Positions 44,401 through 57,000 of a stretch of DNA of 64,000 nucleotides are shown piece after piece (within the stretch, counting starts at the first letter, position 1; every line of letters starts with the position of its first letter). Made by a program: the position numbers and the translations under genes. A model generated the notes under the pieces. It did no database searches. It was not told the origin of the DNA and was given only the letters and a program-made list of their open reading frames with translations. This DNA is from Yuukianura sp. NJ FZ-2021 (lineage: Eukaryota), in NCBI GenBank assembly GCA_046563655.1, contig CM102284.1:7998001-8062000 (forward strand), in the 5' to 3' direction.

Positions 44401-47400
44401 GCTCACTTTGGAAAATGGCGGGAGAAAGTTGGAATGAAGCCGTTGAAGTGGAACTTAATTTGAAATCATAATTTAGCGTCAGATTGAAAACATCTCCTCT
44501 CTTTTGTTTATGAAATTCAAAATGGATGGATTCACAGATGGCGGGTTTCCCAGAATGGGAAAACAATAGAACAACTTTACCCCCCCCCCCCTTTCGTCTA
44601 ACCCCTCCCCCCTTCCGTTGGAGCTAGGGGGGGGTCACGAATTACTTTGAATGCTAATTCTACTAAAACTCCCAATTTTGGTAGCTGTTGCTCTGAATTC
44701 GTTACAGAACCTTCAAAATTCAATTAAAGGCGTTCCAAATTAAGTTAATTTGTAATTAAACATGCAACACTTGTAACTTCTTTAACCTCTTGAGTACCAA
44801 ATACAACAAAAGTTGCAATTTTTTAAATCCCTTGGAGACCAAATACAACTTTTGTGTAAAATTTTTGCACTCCCACGTGGACCAAATACAACTTTTGTGA
44901 AAAATTTTTGCACTCCCGCGGGGACCAAATACAACTTTTGTTGCAAAAGCAAAAAAAAAGGCACGGAGACCAAGTACAACTTTTGTCGCTGTTACGTTTT
45001 CTTCAATAATTGTTACGAGCCAAAAGATGATTTCCGTTCAGCATATCATCTAGGGATTTGGATGAAATTTTAACCAGTTGTTAGCGTCAATAGTGAGATG
45101 AGTTTGGCCAATTTTCATGACACTAGAAACGATAGGTCACGGAGCGTAAGGGGTCAAAAGTCACCGTGTCATCCTATTCCGACCTTATGCAAGTAGCATA
45201 TCGTTGCAACGGGCTTGACCTCCGGATTCAGAAAATATGTACTATATGTTCCTATCTACGACGTATGACAATAGAAGTATTACGCCGTGGAGCCAAAACA
45301 GAGGCGATAGGGACACACGAGTGAGTAAGTCTTTCTGAAACCGGTAAATCCGGGAAAATAATTGACCATCGATATTTTTGAAACTTGACATGATAAAAGA
45401 TACTACCAAAATGGAATTTTCGGCTACTGATTTCGACCTTTGACCTTCAAGATGGCGGCCAGGTGAGGGCAAATTTGGTAAAACTAGCTTCTTTGGGCCA
45501 AGATAACTCATGAACGAAGCCACATATCGACATGGGGTCAACCGCAAATTGAATCCCTTAGAATTCTCCATTTTTCTTGTGGTGTCTCTAGGTGCCCTTG
45601 ACCTTAGAGGTCAAGGGTCAGCCCCTATGACAACGCTTGGCAAGTAATACTTCATTGGAAAGCTCTCGTCACGCCGATTTATAATATATATAGGTGTAGC
45701 GACTGTCGAGTCGCCCGCTGACCTACAGAGGTCGAAGTATCCGTTGGAGGGCCGTAAGGTCGCTCTGTGACCTCTGTCGTTCAGGAGGCGACTCGAAAGT
45801 CGCTACACTTATATATATTCCGAATATTTTCGTTATCTGGCGTCATAGATAGCAACTTATATGTTTTCTGAATCTTGAGTTCGAGCCCGTATCAACGATA
45901 TGCTGGTTGCATAGGGTCGTCATAGGGTGACACGGTGACCTTTGAACCCCCATGCCCTGTCACCTTTCGCTTCTAGGGGCTCAAAATAGACCAAAATAAT
46001 CGCACTATCGACCCTAACGGTTAAAATTTCATCAAAATTCGACCAACTATGATTTTATTAGGATTTTGGGCCATACCCTTTCGTTGAAATATGAAAAATA
46101 TGAAACGATGAAAAATACGGGTCAGACTAAAAGGTCAAAAATCGGAGCGTATGTTAACAGTATGGGAAAAGGGCAGAATTTTATGTTACGTTAGAATGGC
46201 TTAAAGGCCAGAATTCCTCCGCTCGTGTGAATGCGAGAGCTTCCTACACTCCATCCGCTCATGAAGCTCTCAATTGAGCTAAAAACCAGAAATTATGCGC
46301 TCCGACCGCTCATATGGACTAAAAAATTTGTCGAAAATCTGTTATTCTTGCACATTTTAGATTTCATCGGAGTACCCTAAGCGACGCTGCGGCGCTAAGA
46401 ATTTTAATTCTTGTATGGGGAGCAGTGGGGAGAGGAAGAAATACAAATTCCCACCAACTCCCAATTTCCATGCCCTGGTGTAAAGATCTCAAGCTGTACA
46501 CACTCCATTACGCTTCAAGCTTCATATGGCCTACCATTATCCGCCTCTCATAAAACGGAAGAGTACGCGTAGACAGTAATTGTTTATATAATGGCCGAAA
46601 CGCATAAAATCCCACAGCTATATCACTAATTGTTGACTTCTAGGAGTGACCTATTGCATGTCAACTTTAGTATTTATGACGTGTGGGCGCCAGCAGGCTT
46701 TACCTGACAAATTTGTTGAGATTTGTCCGGCTTAAATTAATTTTTTCCGGACAAAACTCAATTTCGTCCGTCCAAACTGGATATTATACGGACAAAAGTG
46801 GCATTCAGATGGCCAAAAAATGCTCAAAAGAGACAAGTTCGGCTAAAAACAAGTTTTATATAAATTTATAACGTCAGTAAGCATTTCCCGGTGTGAAAGC
46901 CGATTACAAACGAATACTAGGTTTTGACCAAATTATTTGCTAATCCGTACCTATGTGATATGGGCTAAAAGGCCGGAAATTGTAGCGTCAGAACTCCGTT
47001 CCAGCCGTTCATTGGGCGAAGAAGCAGTAAATTTGTTCGGAAAACCGGTTCGTTGCTAAATATTCCGGAGCAAAACGGAAGCGATGCAAATGTTATGGTT
47101 TTATTTGACTTATAATAAACATGATGCCTAATCATCGTGACATAATCTTTGGTTGTTAGAACCGTACCGTTTCGTCGAAATGGAACGGTATTTTGATACA
47201 CTAACTAGTTAGCTAATGTAATTGCGAATAACACCACTTTATAAATAAGCTTTAGTTATGCACAAAAGCCATACCGTTTTGTCGAAACCAAACGGTATCT
47301 TGATACACCGATAAGTAAATTACATCACTATAATTACAGCCTGTACTTAAAGTTTAACTTATTTCCAAAAACCCTGCCGTTTCGTCGAACTGAAACGGTT

Positions 47401-50400
47401 TCATGATACACAAACGAGTTAAGCAGTTAAGTATAATTAAAGTTAAAATTCACACCTTAACTTACTTCTGAAACTACCGAAAACCATTTCTAAGATTTAT
47501 TTTGAAATTTTTTCTTCATTGATCTCGACCAATGATTAACAGAAGTTAAAGAATTCTTTGCTCGCTTGTCTATGAGGGTATCGTTTCGGTACGGTTTTTG
47601 TGCATAACTAAAGCTTATTCCTAAAGTTGTAACTGTTATTCGTAATTACGTTAACTAACTTGTTAATGTATCAAAATACCGTTCCATTTCGACGAAACGG
47701 TACGGTTCTGATGACTAACTAGTATGTCACGATGATTAGTTATTATGTTTATTATAATTCAACAAAACGTTTTGCTTATGTCTTGTTATGATACCAGAAC
47801 ATTCGCATCTGTTCCGTTTTGTTCCGGAATCGAAGGGCGACAAACCTGACAAAAAGCTTAAATACATTTTTAAAAATATTAACTCGGTCCCAGCAGGATT
47901 TCAACAAAAAAATACGAAGTCCCTGGGAAATTTTCGAATTTTTCATTTGAGTCCCCCCTGGCGACCATCAAAAAACAATCAATTCCCCCCCAAAAAAACA
48001 ACAAAAATTAAATTGGTACTCAAGAGGTTAATTAAAGTGCAACCAAAATTAGTCCGAAGATCTACGTAATCATTGCCAAAATTTGGAAACCATTTCGGTA
48101 GCACTGTAAACACTATCCGGCTTTTCCAATTTTCAAAATTTGTTCCGCATTTCATAATTTTTTATGAAAAATTGGAAAACTTTTTTTTTTGTAAAAAGTT
48201 TAGGAAGCCGTAACGACCTATTTGTTAGGAAGTGTGTGTATGGTTAGGTTTTGTAAAAAAGAGTTTGAGTTTTTGATGTTGTGGTCCCAGCAGGGGAAAG
48301 CCATCGTCTTGCTCCTGCGGATGATAAAAGATCGGCTCTGATGATCTTCTGAGTGCTAAATTTTGGCCATTTGTAACCTCAACTTCAGCCGCTCTCAAAG
48401 TAGTAAAAACGGAAGTTAGACTATGGTTTTAGGTTGTAACCTAATAGGCTAAGAGACGTGTGTTCACTCTCCACTTTCTCACTTTCTAGGCTCGACGCTC
48501 GAGGTGGTGAAAAGTTTGTTAGAGAGGAGTTGCATGATGCATGAGGTGCCAAGAGACGCAGGGCAGGCACTAATCATCCCATCACACACTCACACTCTAA
48601 TACTTCCTCCACATCACTCTTTTTCAAAAATGTCAAAGTTCAAGTTTCAAAAAAATTAGGATTTTGGGAATGGACATGATGAGGTTAGAAGGCAGGGTTT
48701 CAGAGCAGGGAGATAACAGCTCCCTGGTGAGAGCGATTCCTCCGAAATGGTTAGATGTGGGTTCGAATCCAACTCAAGCCAGATATTTTTATTCTCTTTC
48801 TTTCAAAATATAGGCGGTACAACTGTGCAGTGTGCATCGATTTGACACGACTCACATCCTTCATCATTACGAGAAATGCAAGTTACCCGCTTTGTCTCTG
48901 CTAAGATTTCTTTTCCAAGCCGGTTTTTGTTGGAAGTAGGAACAATTTTCGGTTTTCATAACTCTTAAAATTAAGTCTTAAAATGTTGAAACGAAGTGCT
49001 AAAATTGTGTTGTGGTTGTTTTTTGTCCTTGTAATGTCCACAATTGCTATGATTGTTCTCATGAATGAACAGTGTTTTGTTGGAGGTTGGACAGTGGACA
49101 GAGGAGGTTTAACCACCACTCCATTGTGTTTGACAGGAACACCGAACTTCCCCAAAAACGGACTTGTTTACCCGGATTCCGCTCCTGTCCGTCCCTCCGG
49201 AATTTATTTCATTTTCTCTCTCCCCGGCAAAAACTTTTCCCTCCAAGCCTCCAAAACACAAAAACCCGCTCTTTTTTTCTCTTACTTCAAGTGAACTTAT
49301 AAGCAAGGAGAAAGTTTTATTTGGGTCAGGCGGTTAATGTTTTTCAAAAAACCATTTACTCAAAACAACTGCGTAAATCAGAGTCTGGGCAAAAAGAGGC
49401 CAAGGAGAAAGTGTGTGCGTAAATTCAGAGGAATAGTTTAATTCCCATTAACTTTAAACCCTCTCCTGTCTTTTTCAAATCGTTTGGAACCTAAAGGACA
49501 GAAGAACGGAACATTCTGAAGTGTGGCGTTTGAAGTTAACCGATTTATACCTTAGAGTAGTTGGATTTATGAGGGAGAGATGCTTTCCCCCTGCCACCAT
49601 CTGTCTCACTCTCCTTCTCATGTGTAAAATATAATGTGAAAAGGAATGTCTCTCGAGAACCAAGTCTTCATTCCACCAAACAACAAGATCTATTACCCCC
49701 GCCCCCCCCCTCTTTTGCCCCCCACCCCTCAAAAAAAAGTAATGCAAGTTTTGTGAATTTTCAAAAATTCAAAAAGTGTGGGCTTTTCATCAGATTTGAT
49801 TTTGTCACTAACGAAAAGTAAACTCATTCCAAAGAAAGAAAAATCACAAATTAGTTAAAAAAATCCAATTTTTTTTGGTGTTTTATGTAATTTGATGTAA
49901 ATTTTATGTAAGCTAGATGTCGTTTATGTAATTGGTGTCTGAGTGAAAGCGGAATGTCTTGTTGGCCGTACATGACAAAATTGTTTGCTGTTTACTTTCG
50001 GAAATCAATTTGGAAGCATTGGAGCGTTCAATTGAGTAAACCGAGCACCATTAGCGGAGAAAGCAATTTCATGTTTTGACAGAAGTGAAGGTGAAGGTAC
50101 CATTTGAGGTACCAAGCAACTGACAATCAAGGTACCCTTGGTACGCCAGGGGTAATGAAAGGAAGTACTCAAGTTTAAACAAAGTGCCTGGGACCCTTCA
50201 AGTCATCACCTTAACAAGGTACCGTCAAGTACCCACTTTTTTCACTGACTATAATGACAGGAAATCAACCCGCGAAAAGTTTCAAATTTGAGCCCACCAC
50301 TTAGCATGATTAGCCCAAAACGCTAAGTGAAAAGCGTGAGTTGGGCCACTTTCACTTCCAAACCCCTTTTGTTCTTTTCTGATCATGTTCAAATGGAAAC

Positions 50401-53400
50401 ACGAGTTCGTGTTCAAACAAAACCCAGTTTTAAACTTGTTTTGAACAAAGAAGGAAGCGGGAAAGTTGAAAATGGGATTTGAGACACGAAGAATAAACAC
50501 GGGAGGAAAAGAGGCAATCAGGAGATGACCGTTTCCCGCCAAAATCCAAAATTCCCTGGAGACCGTAGGATCTTCATTACACTTTCTCCTGCTTCCTAAA
50601 AATATACGGCCGCCGGAGGTTCTTATTGGATTTGATGTCATCGGCTTCGCCCTCAAGCGGGCTCCACATGCCTCCCGGTCTTACCCGCCTAAAAACCCGG
50701 GTTTTTTTCAGTCCTCTCCGAAAAAACAAGCCTCTGAGACCAATTCAAATTCAGACAATGTTCCATTGAAATAACCGCCGGAGACAGTAAGAAGAAATTT
50801 AAGAAAACGATCTTCCGCTTTCCCCAAAGTGTCATCTGCTCCCTTCTTTCTTCTACTGAACTAAAGGAAGCTCAAAAAGGCGCCCTTTTTAGTATAAAAA
50901 AGGCTCCTCACTTTTAGTACAAAAAGGCTCCTCGTTTTAGTACAAAAAAGTTCTTTATGAATCTAAACTTTTAAGTTCTTTCTCACATTTTCTCAAAAAT
51001 TTGAAACGAGTAGCCTTTCTGTCTGCAGGACATGGCATGTCTTCTGAATAGTGGATGAACCACAGGCTGTTGGTTTTTGGTTACAAAACGAAACTAGACT
51101 TTTTCCAAAAATACTTTTCTAAAAAAAATTGGTTTTGAAAAAAAAAGTTATCCATACTGCATCAAATCTATCTACGTTTTTGGAAACGCATATCCTAGCA
51201 ACAGCACAAACCAACTTTTGAGAGGGAAAGAGTGAAAGTGGAAGCGGCTGGTCATTACGTGTTGTTCAATTTCGGCGCAAAACGTGCTTTCCCTTTGATT
51301 TCACCAAAAACTAAAAAGAAAGGCAAGATTTATGAAAAAGAGAAAGCAAATATGAAAATACTGTCCCGAAGTAACTCTAGTTTTTCAAATTTCGATACTA
51401 TTCCAATCGATTCAAGTTTTTAAAAAAAAAAAAACTTCATCCAGACAACAAAGTTCGATTTTTCATTTCCAGTGGTTGGGCATCTCTGGTATGGGGGAGG
51501 GGGGGGGTCTGCTGAAAGAGGGGGGGGGGTCTGCTGAAGGGGGGGGGGGTTGGAATGCGGTTTGCTCCGCCAAGAAAGTTGGTGACATTCCTGTGGACCA
51601 AAGACCAAATTGGAGTGGTTTCGTCCGAACCCAATTACCTGTGAAGGGAAAGTCATTTAGACTTTGCACAAAGTCACTGGTCAGGAGAAAGTCAGAACAA
51701 AAAAAGTTACTCCCTCCGTCTTTGTATCTGTTCTCATTGGAGAACCCATATTATTACACAGGACAGTTTAAAAGTTCCCTCCGCTAAAAACAACTTTTCT
51801 CAAAGTCTAAAAAGAGAAAGTGGATTGACCAAGAGACTTTGAAAAGTGAAAGTAATCCTGATGGAAAAGTGCCATTGACCAACTGAAGTGAAATTGAGCC
51901 GAAGCAGCTGCTCACTTACAAATCGTTTTTCAGCACAAACAGGATTAGAAACTCTGGATTTTCCAAAGGCGATTTTCTAGATTTTCCAAAGGCGATTTTC
52001 TAGATTTTCCAAAGGCGATTTTCTAGATTTTTTGAAACTAAGTTGTATTTTGGAGAAAGTGGACAGAGAAAGTAGAGGTTTAATTTGGAGGAGATTAATC
52101 ATAGGAGAGCTCCATTTTCAAGGCCCATTAAAACTGAAAGAGCCCAAAGTAATTGCAGAGACTATAGACTGTCTATGAGATTGTAGACATAGACTATGGG
52201 ATTATAGACATAGACTATGGCAAACTATAGACAGACTATTATATTTTATAGTACAGGCATCATGACCATCTTCCCTCTTTCATACTTCATTTACTTCTTA
52301 ATCTCTTCCTCATTTAAGTGAAAATGGAGAAGATTTAGAGGGAAATTAGAAACAGATGCCATAATTACGGAACGAGGCGGAATTTTCAAAAAAATAAATT
52401 ACTCTGCAAACATTTTCAGAAATGTGGAAATGTAGCAAAAACCTTCCTGTTTCCTAAAATTCTCTGCGTAATTATTCTGACATGTCAAAACCAAGCTTCT
52501 GGAATTAAGAAGTCTCTCGTGGAGCGTTCCGGATGTGTTCATTTTTTAAAAATGTTTTCATTTTGTAGGAATTTAACGTCACTGAATTATAATTCTTCAA
52601 CTGAGCATGTAAATTCAAAGAAAGCAAATGCTAAAGTTGTGCTTCGATGCGCTTAGAATAGAAAGTTTGTGTTATAAAAAATTTATAGAATTTATAGAAA
52701 TTAGATTTTTATAGTTCATCTATTTTAAGAAGGCGGGTTTCAAATTTATTTTTGCGCTGTTCCTAGTAGCAACGCAAGTAAAATTTGACGGGTTGAGTTA
52801 CGGCGCGACCAATTTTTCGTACTCAGAAAAGGTAAATTTGAAATTGACGCTAAATTCCTCTGAAGGTTACCCATGGACAAAAGTTTAATTACGACAACCC
52901 ATATCCTAATTAAGTGAAATTTTTTTAAAAACTTAATCGCTCTCTTCTTCGCTGGATTCTGAGCTGGACTCAGTGTCGGATGACGATCCATTTCCCAAAT
53001 CGATAATTATACGATCTTGATTTGTTCTCATAAAGGTATTTGCTAAGTTTTTAGTTTCCATGATTAGGTTTTCTAATTGAATGACATGCAAGCCAGCCAG
53101 TGTTGGTTGACCTCAGGAGATTGAATAACAAGCAATTATGTCAGGAAAAAGATTTCCCTTTACCCATTATTGATGGAAGTAACAATTAATTAACGAAAGA
53201 GAAACAACGTTAAACATAACATAAAATGAAAATAAGGAATTGACCTGTTTTGAACAAAGAAGACACTCGCGCGCAGTTGCTGTTGCACATGTTCCACATG
53301 CGCAACAGCTATCTTAAGTCAACCGGGGTAACAGTACACAGTGGACGGATTGTAAGAAAAAAGTTCGGTTGCTTTTTGTAACAAACTTTAACGACAACGT

Positions 53401-55104
53401 TGCCGTTGACAACTGAGTCGGTTGAAAGAATGAAACAGTGTACAATGTACCCATATACTTGATTGAGGACCGACCCGACAGACCCAAACGACAAAGAATA
53501 AGTTAAAAATTTCAGACTTTGGTTTTTGAAAGTATAGATTTGGCGAGTACAAAGTTGTGACGCCAAGCCTCAATATAACATCAGGTTATGAATACGAAAT
53601 CACAAAATCGCAAATTAAGATTATTGCAACCGAGAAAATAAACAAGAATTTGGAATTACTTTGGATAAGGATTGCTCATTAATTAAGCATTATTCACCGA
53701 TTTGCACCTCAAAATGTTGAAGTTCAAGTCTTTCAGAACGCTAATCACTCTTCGGTTTGTCATTAGAGGGTCAGGCATTTCCAGGCAAAAAATCATTCGG
53801 AACTTCAACTTTCGGGTCAAAATGACACTGATAAATCAGTTTGTTTATGAAATTTATTTGGTTCCCTTAGAGCCAAAAAATAAAAAAAACAACCACTGTG
53901 CAGTAAACAAAAATAAAGCTTTTGCGCGAATTTCAAACCCGCCTTCTTAAAATAGATGAACTATAGTAAGCCCCACCCTTTTCTACCCGCTTTGTTACGG
54001 CTCCCGTGATTGGTTGATTTCAAATACGTGACGCCACTTTCCAAATTTTTCTCATTTATGGAACGTATAAGTTTAAAAAGTGACGTCATAAACTCTATAC
54101 TTTCTATAAATTCTATAAATTCCATAACGGAAACTCCCTAAAATTTGTAAATCCTTAAATTTGGAAGAGTGACGTCATAAATTCTATACTTTCTATAAAT
54201 GCTTATAACGGAAACTCCCTAAAATTTGTAAATCCTTAAATTTGGAAAAGTGACGTCATAAATTTTATACTTTCTATAAATTATTTATAACGCAAACTCC
54301 CTATTATGTAATGTTTATGTTAGGTTATGTTTTGCATGGTTTGTTACCAATGGGAGAGAAGATGTTGAGGTAGAGACAGTCTTCTGCTTGGTTCCTGAGA
54401 AAAGGCTCCACTCGCCTCAAGTAGTCCAAGTACCCCCGTGGCATTTCCTTAAGGGCCTCTGCATCTGAACGCACTTGAGGAAACATCTGAAAACGAATCA
54501 GAGTTAAGCTGGTGATTAACTAAATGGAAAGTTAATTAACAAATCCAGTTAATTAAGTGGAATTAGAGTGCGAACAGTAATTAAAACTCACCTGAGGACA
54601 GACTGGGCCTGGCTTATCTGCTGCCCGCACGCCTTCCCACGGAATCGGGGTTTGCGTAGGCGTAAACCGAATTGGAACGGAAGCATAAGGAATGCCTAGA
54701 AAAACCTGGAACCAAAATTTTAATTTTTAATTTCAAAATTTTGAAATTTTTTTGAAAAGTTACGTTCTTACCTCTACGATTTTATTTTTGATTGGGCCAG
54801 CCGTATGTTGACTAGATTTGGTTCCTAAAAACGGGAAAAGGGACAGGGAAATTCCTTGAAGTTTTCCATATTTTGTGTCAACTATGCGGGATTTGGTGGG
54901 GCCAGTTTCAGCTTGTGATGGTGGGGCTTGGTGGGGCTCCGAGCCACCAACAGTCCCACTTTCATTAGTCATGAACAACGGACTATTAAATGTTAGTTGC
55001 AGTGTAGGATCAGTTTCAATTGATCCGCTTCTGCAACTTAGAAGCGAAGTCACTAAAATCAACAGCACTCCAATCACTTTCTTTTCCGCTGTACTACTCA
55101 TCAT
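32448..55104 (-). CDS. Nlg: Neuroligin (non-catalytic cholinesterase-like synaptic adhesion protein)
   Basis: Exons 55104-54772, 54705-54592, 54486-54348, 40916-40770, 40670-40530, 40258-40199, 39133-38778, 38689-38594, 38514-38384, 38301-38139, 36455-36277, 36207-36028, 35525-35430, 33782-33493, 33019-32448. Signal peptide, [49 protein letters not shown] (no catalytic Ser), TM segment [25 protein letters not shown]-terminal EELNV. Confidence 0.95.
33787..33966. repeat. 38-bp tandem repeat (~4.5 copies) abutting a neuroligin splice acceptor
   Basis: Unit AAATTCAAAAATTCCCAAAATTAAAAGTCTTTARTTCT starting at 33816, 33854, 33892, 33930, plus a partial copy from 33787. Confidence 0.9.
34070..34751. 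mobile_element. Foldback element with AACCGCCG-repeat arms and 8-bp TSD
   Basis: TSD GTTACGGG at 34062-34069 and 34752-34759; arms ~34080-34250 and ~34571-34741 are inverted arrays of AAYCGCCG; central hairpin CCGCGCC-GAA-GGCGCGG at 34335-34351. Confidence 0.85.
36572..37666 (+). mobile_element. Helentron-associated / DINE-1-like element in neuroligin intron
   Basis: SubTIR GTCTTCTGGAG (36578-36588) / CTCCAGAAGAC (37621-37631); 5' internal IR AGTCTTC..GAAGACT; (GTCT)n at ~36633-36655; 3' hairpin ATGCTCAA-CCC-TTGAGCAT (37634-37652); T-rich flanks. Confidence 0.85.
41194..41310. mobile_element. 117-bp Tc1/mariner-type MITE (TA TSD)
   Basis: TIR CAGGGTGGCCCCT / AGGGGCCACCCTG with TA at 41192-41193 and 41311-41312; nested between an older inverted pair TGGTCAACAGCAATTTAG (~41143-41160) / CTAAATTGCTGTTGACCA (~41353-41370). 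Confidence 0.85.
44786..48027. mobile_element. 3.2-kb piggyBac-like non-autonomous element
   Basis: TTAA at 44782-44785 and 48028-48031; perfect 15-bp TIR CCTCTTGAGTACCAA / TTGGTACTCAAGAGG; subterminal GACCAAATACAACTTTTG repeats at ~44837-44985; no transposase ORF. Confidence 0.88.
48708..48790 (+). pseudogene. tRNA-derived SINE head or degenerate tRNA
   Basis: B box GGTTCGAATCC at 48760-48770, A-box-like CAGCTCCCTGGTGAGAGC upstream and TTTTT downstream; acceptor and anticodon stems do not pair properly. Confidence 0.45.
51958..52030. repeat. 23-bp tandem repeat, 3 copies
   Basis: Unit GATTTTCCAAAGGCGATTTTCTA. Confidence 0.9.
52712..53963. mobile_element. 1.25-kb non-autonomous TIR element (TA flanks)
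   Basis: TIR TAGTTCATCTATTTTAAGAAGGCGGGTTT(C/G)AAATT at both ends; TA at 52710-52711 and 53964-53965; internal hairpin GCTGTTGCACATG..CATGCGCAACAGC at ~53279-53309. Confidence 0.88.
54076..54303. repeat. ~81-90-bp tandem repeat (~2.6 copies), each with TGACGTCA
   Basis: Unit AAGTGACGTCATAAA.TCTATACTTTCTATAAAT..ATAACGGAAACTCCCTAAAATTTGTAAATCCTTAAATTTGGAA; an inverted relative lies at ~52655-52711. Confidence 0.85.
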
Positions 55105-56980
55105 TTTTACTAATTTTCAAAAATTGCACATTTCAAAATTTTGAAATTCAAGTTTTTAGAAAGTTGATGAGTTTTTGGTGGGGTCAGAGGTCACTAAAAC
55201 CATTTTGTGGAGAGATGATGATGATGATGACTGGAATTCATTTTTATGTTATGACAGTCCCACTTGCCAGAGTGACGCTAGTTGCGCCTTAATTTGGACT
55301 CAGGTCATTACCATTACGTTGTCAGCACTTGTCTCCTTGCGGTTTTCCAAATTTTGAATTTTCAAATTTGAAATTTTCAAAAATAATGTTCCTTTTAGAT
55401 GTCCAAATGTCGCCAGACACACTTCAATTTCATTTCATCGTGATGTCGCAGCATTTTAGTCGTTGAAGTTCATTTTCAAGATTTTATCTTCACATTTTCA
55501 AATTTGGAACTTGAGTTTCTTTGTGCAGTTTAAAATGGACTTTGTGTTTCCAGAAAACTGAAATTTTGAAGTTTCACTTTCGAAATTTTGAGTTTTGTTT
55601 AAAAGTCGACGTTTTAATTAAGTTTCTGTTTCCGGTGAAATGTTGAGTGTGGTTTGAATGAAGAAAGTCGAAGGTTGGAAAATGTCTGCAACAGGAAAAT
55701 TTCTGAAAAAACGACCAAAAAAGAAGGTTTTTTGAAAAAATCCATTAAATTTTGAAAGTTATAAATAGCCTTGTTCGTAAATCAGGAATCACAATAAGAC
55801 AAAATTTAGGAAAAAATTGGAATCCTTTTGTTCATTTTTCTCCTTCATCGTGTTCCGCCCTAAAGCTTTCTCCTTTGTTCAAAAAAATGTTTCTCAAATT
55901 TCAATTTCAACCTTTTCGTTTTTTGAAAAATTTGAAAGTATAACAATGAGCGGGGAAAATTCAAAATTGAAATGAGCCTCATCCTACAAAAGAAGAAAGG
56001 AGAGTCATTGTTAGATTTGTTCTTTATTGAGCTTCACCTTAACCTGCTCTCTCGTGAATCTTATGAATTTGATCTTCAAAAAACGAAATGAAAAACTAAA
56101 TCTTCTACATCCAAATTTCTTTCGTCTTTTAAGTAGGTTGTAACATTTTTCAGAAATCTCAAAAATTTCAAAAAAAAGTTCCATAAAAGGAATTGAATCA
56201 ATAATGCTCATCTTGTAACGAAAGAAGGAGAAAATGCGGTGAAAGTTTTTTGAAATTTTGAAAAAACGGGCCTTCATCTTCTCTTATTCTTTCGAGATTA
56301 AAGTTGTTCATAATTTGACGACAGTTTTATGGTTCTAGAGTCCTCTTCACAAAATGTATACTTTCTCATAACGACTTTTTTGTGCAAAAAATTGCACATA
56401 CAAAAATTTTATCACTATTTTTTCGCCCCTAAACTTTCACTTTTTACACTTAACGTTCCCAATTAACAACTGAATTTACTACGTTATTAATTTTTTTGTC
56501 ATTTTCATTACCCTTTGTGCCCTGCTGAATTTAGTTTTTTGAAACTTCAAATTTTAAAATTTGAATTGAGGATTCCTCAACCTTTTTCAAAATTTTAAGA
56601 AATCCACTAGCTTCAAAAACAAAAAAACCTTGAGTGGCGTATGAATTATTCCAACTTTTCTGTTTTTTTTTTTAACAAAGTCTTATCTAGTTTTCATATT
56701 TCTAACTTTTTATATTTCAAAGAGGAAAAGTATGAAAAACTAAGCCATTAGGAAGATCAAGTTTGTGTTCAAACTTTCCTCGCTCGTCTTTCACAAATTT
56801 TTCTCGTCTTGTAACAAAAATTCGAAAAGAAAGTTGAAGTGCTTGTCTCCCTTCATTTGAACTTCGGAAACTCTAATTCGGCCAGAAACCTCTTCGTCCT
56901 AGCCAACTTTCGCTCAAAACCTAACCTAAAACACATGTCAACCTAACATATCACTTCAATCAACTAATAACTATGTCAAA

Positions 56981-57000
56981 AGGTCATTGACCTTTGACCT
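56981..57000. promoter_or_regulatory. Candidate nuclear-receptor element (IR1 fused to DR1)
   Basis: AGGTCA-T-TGACCT (perfect IR1, EcR/USP-type) overlapping TGACCT-T-TGACCT (DR1), ~1.9 kb 5' of the neuroligin ATG. Confidence 0.4.

Noticed and set aside
48901-49306. Cluster of short ORFs with a hydrophobic stretch in the neuroligin intron
   Set aside because: No recognisable domain and no consistent splice phase linking it to neuroligin that I could establish.
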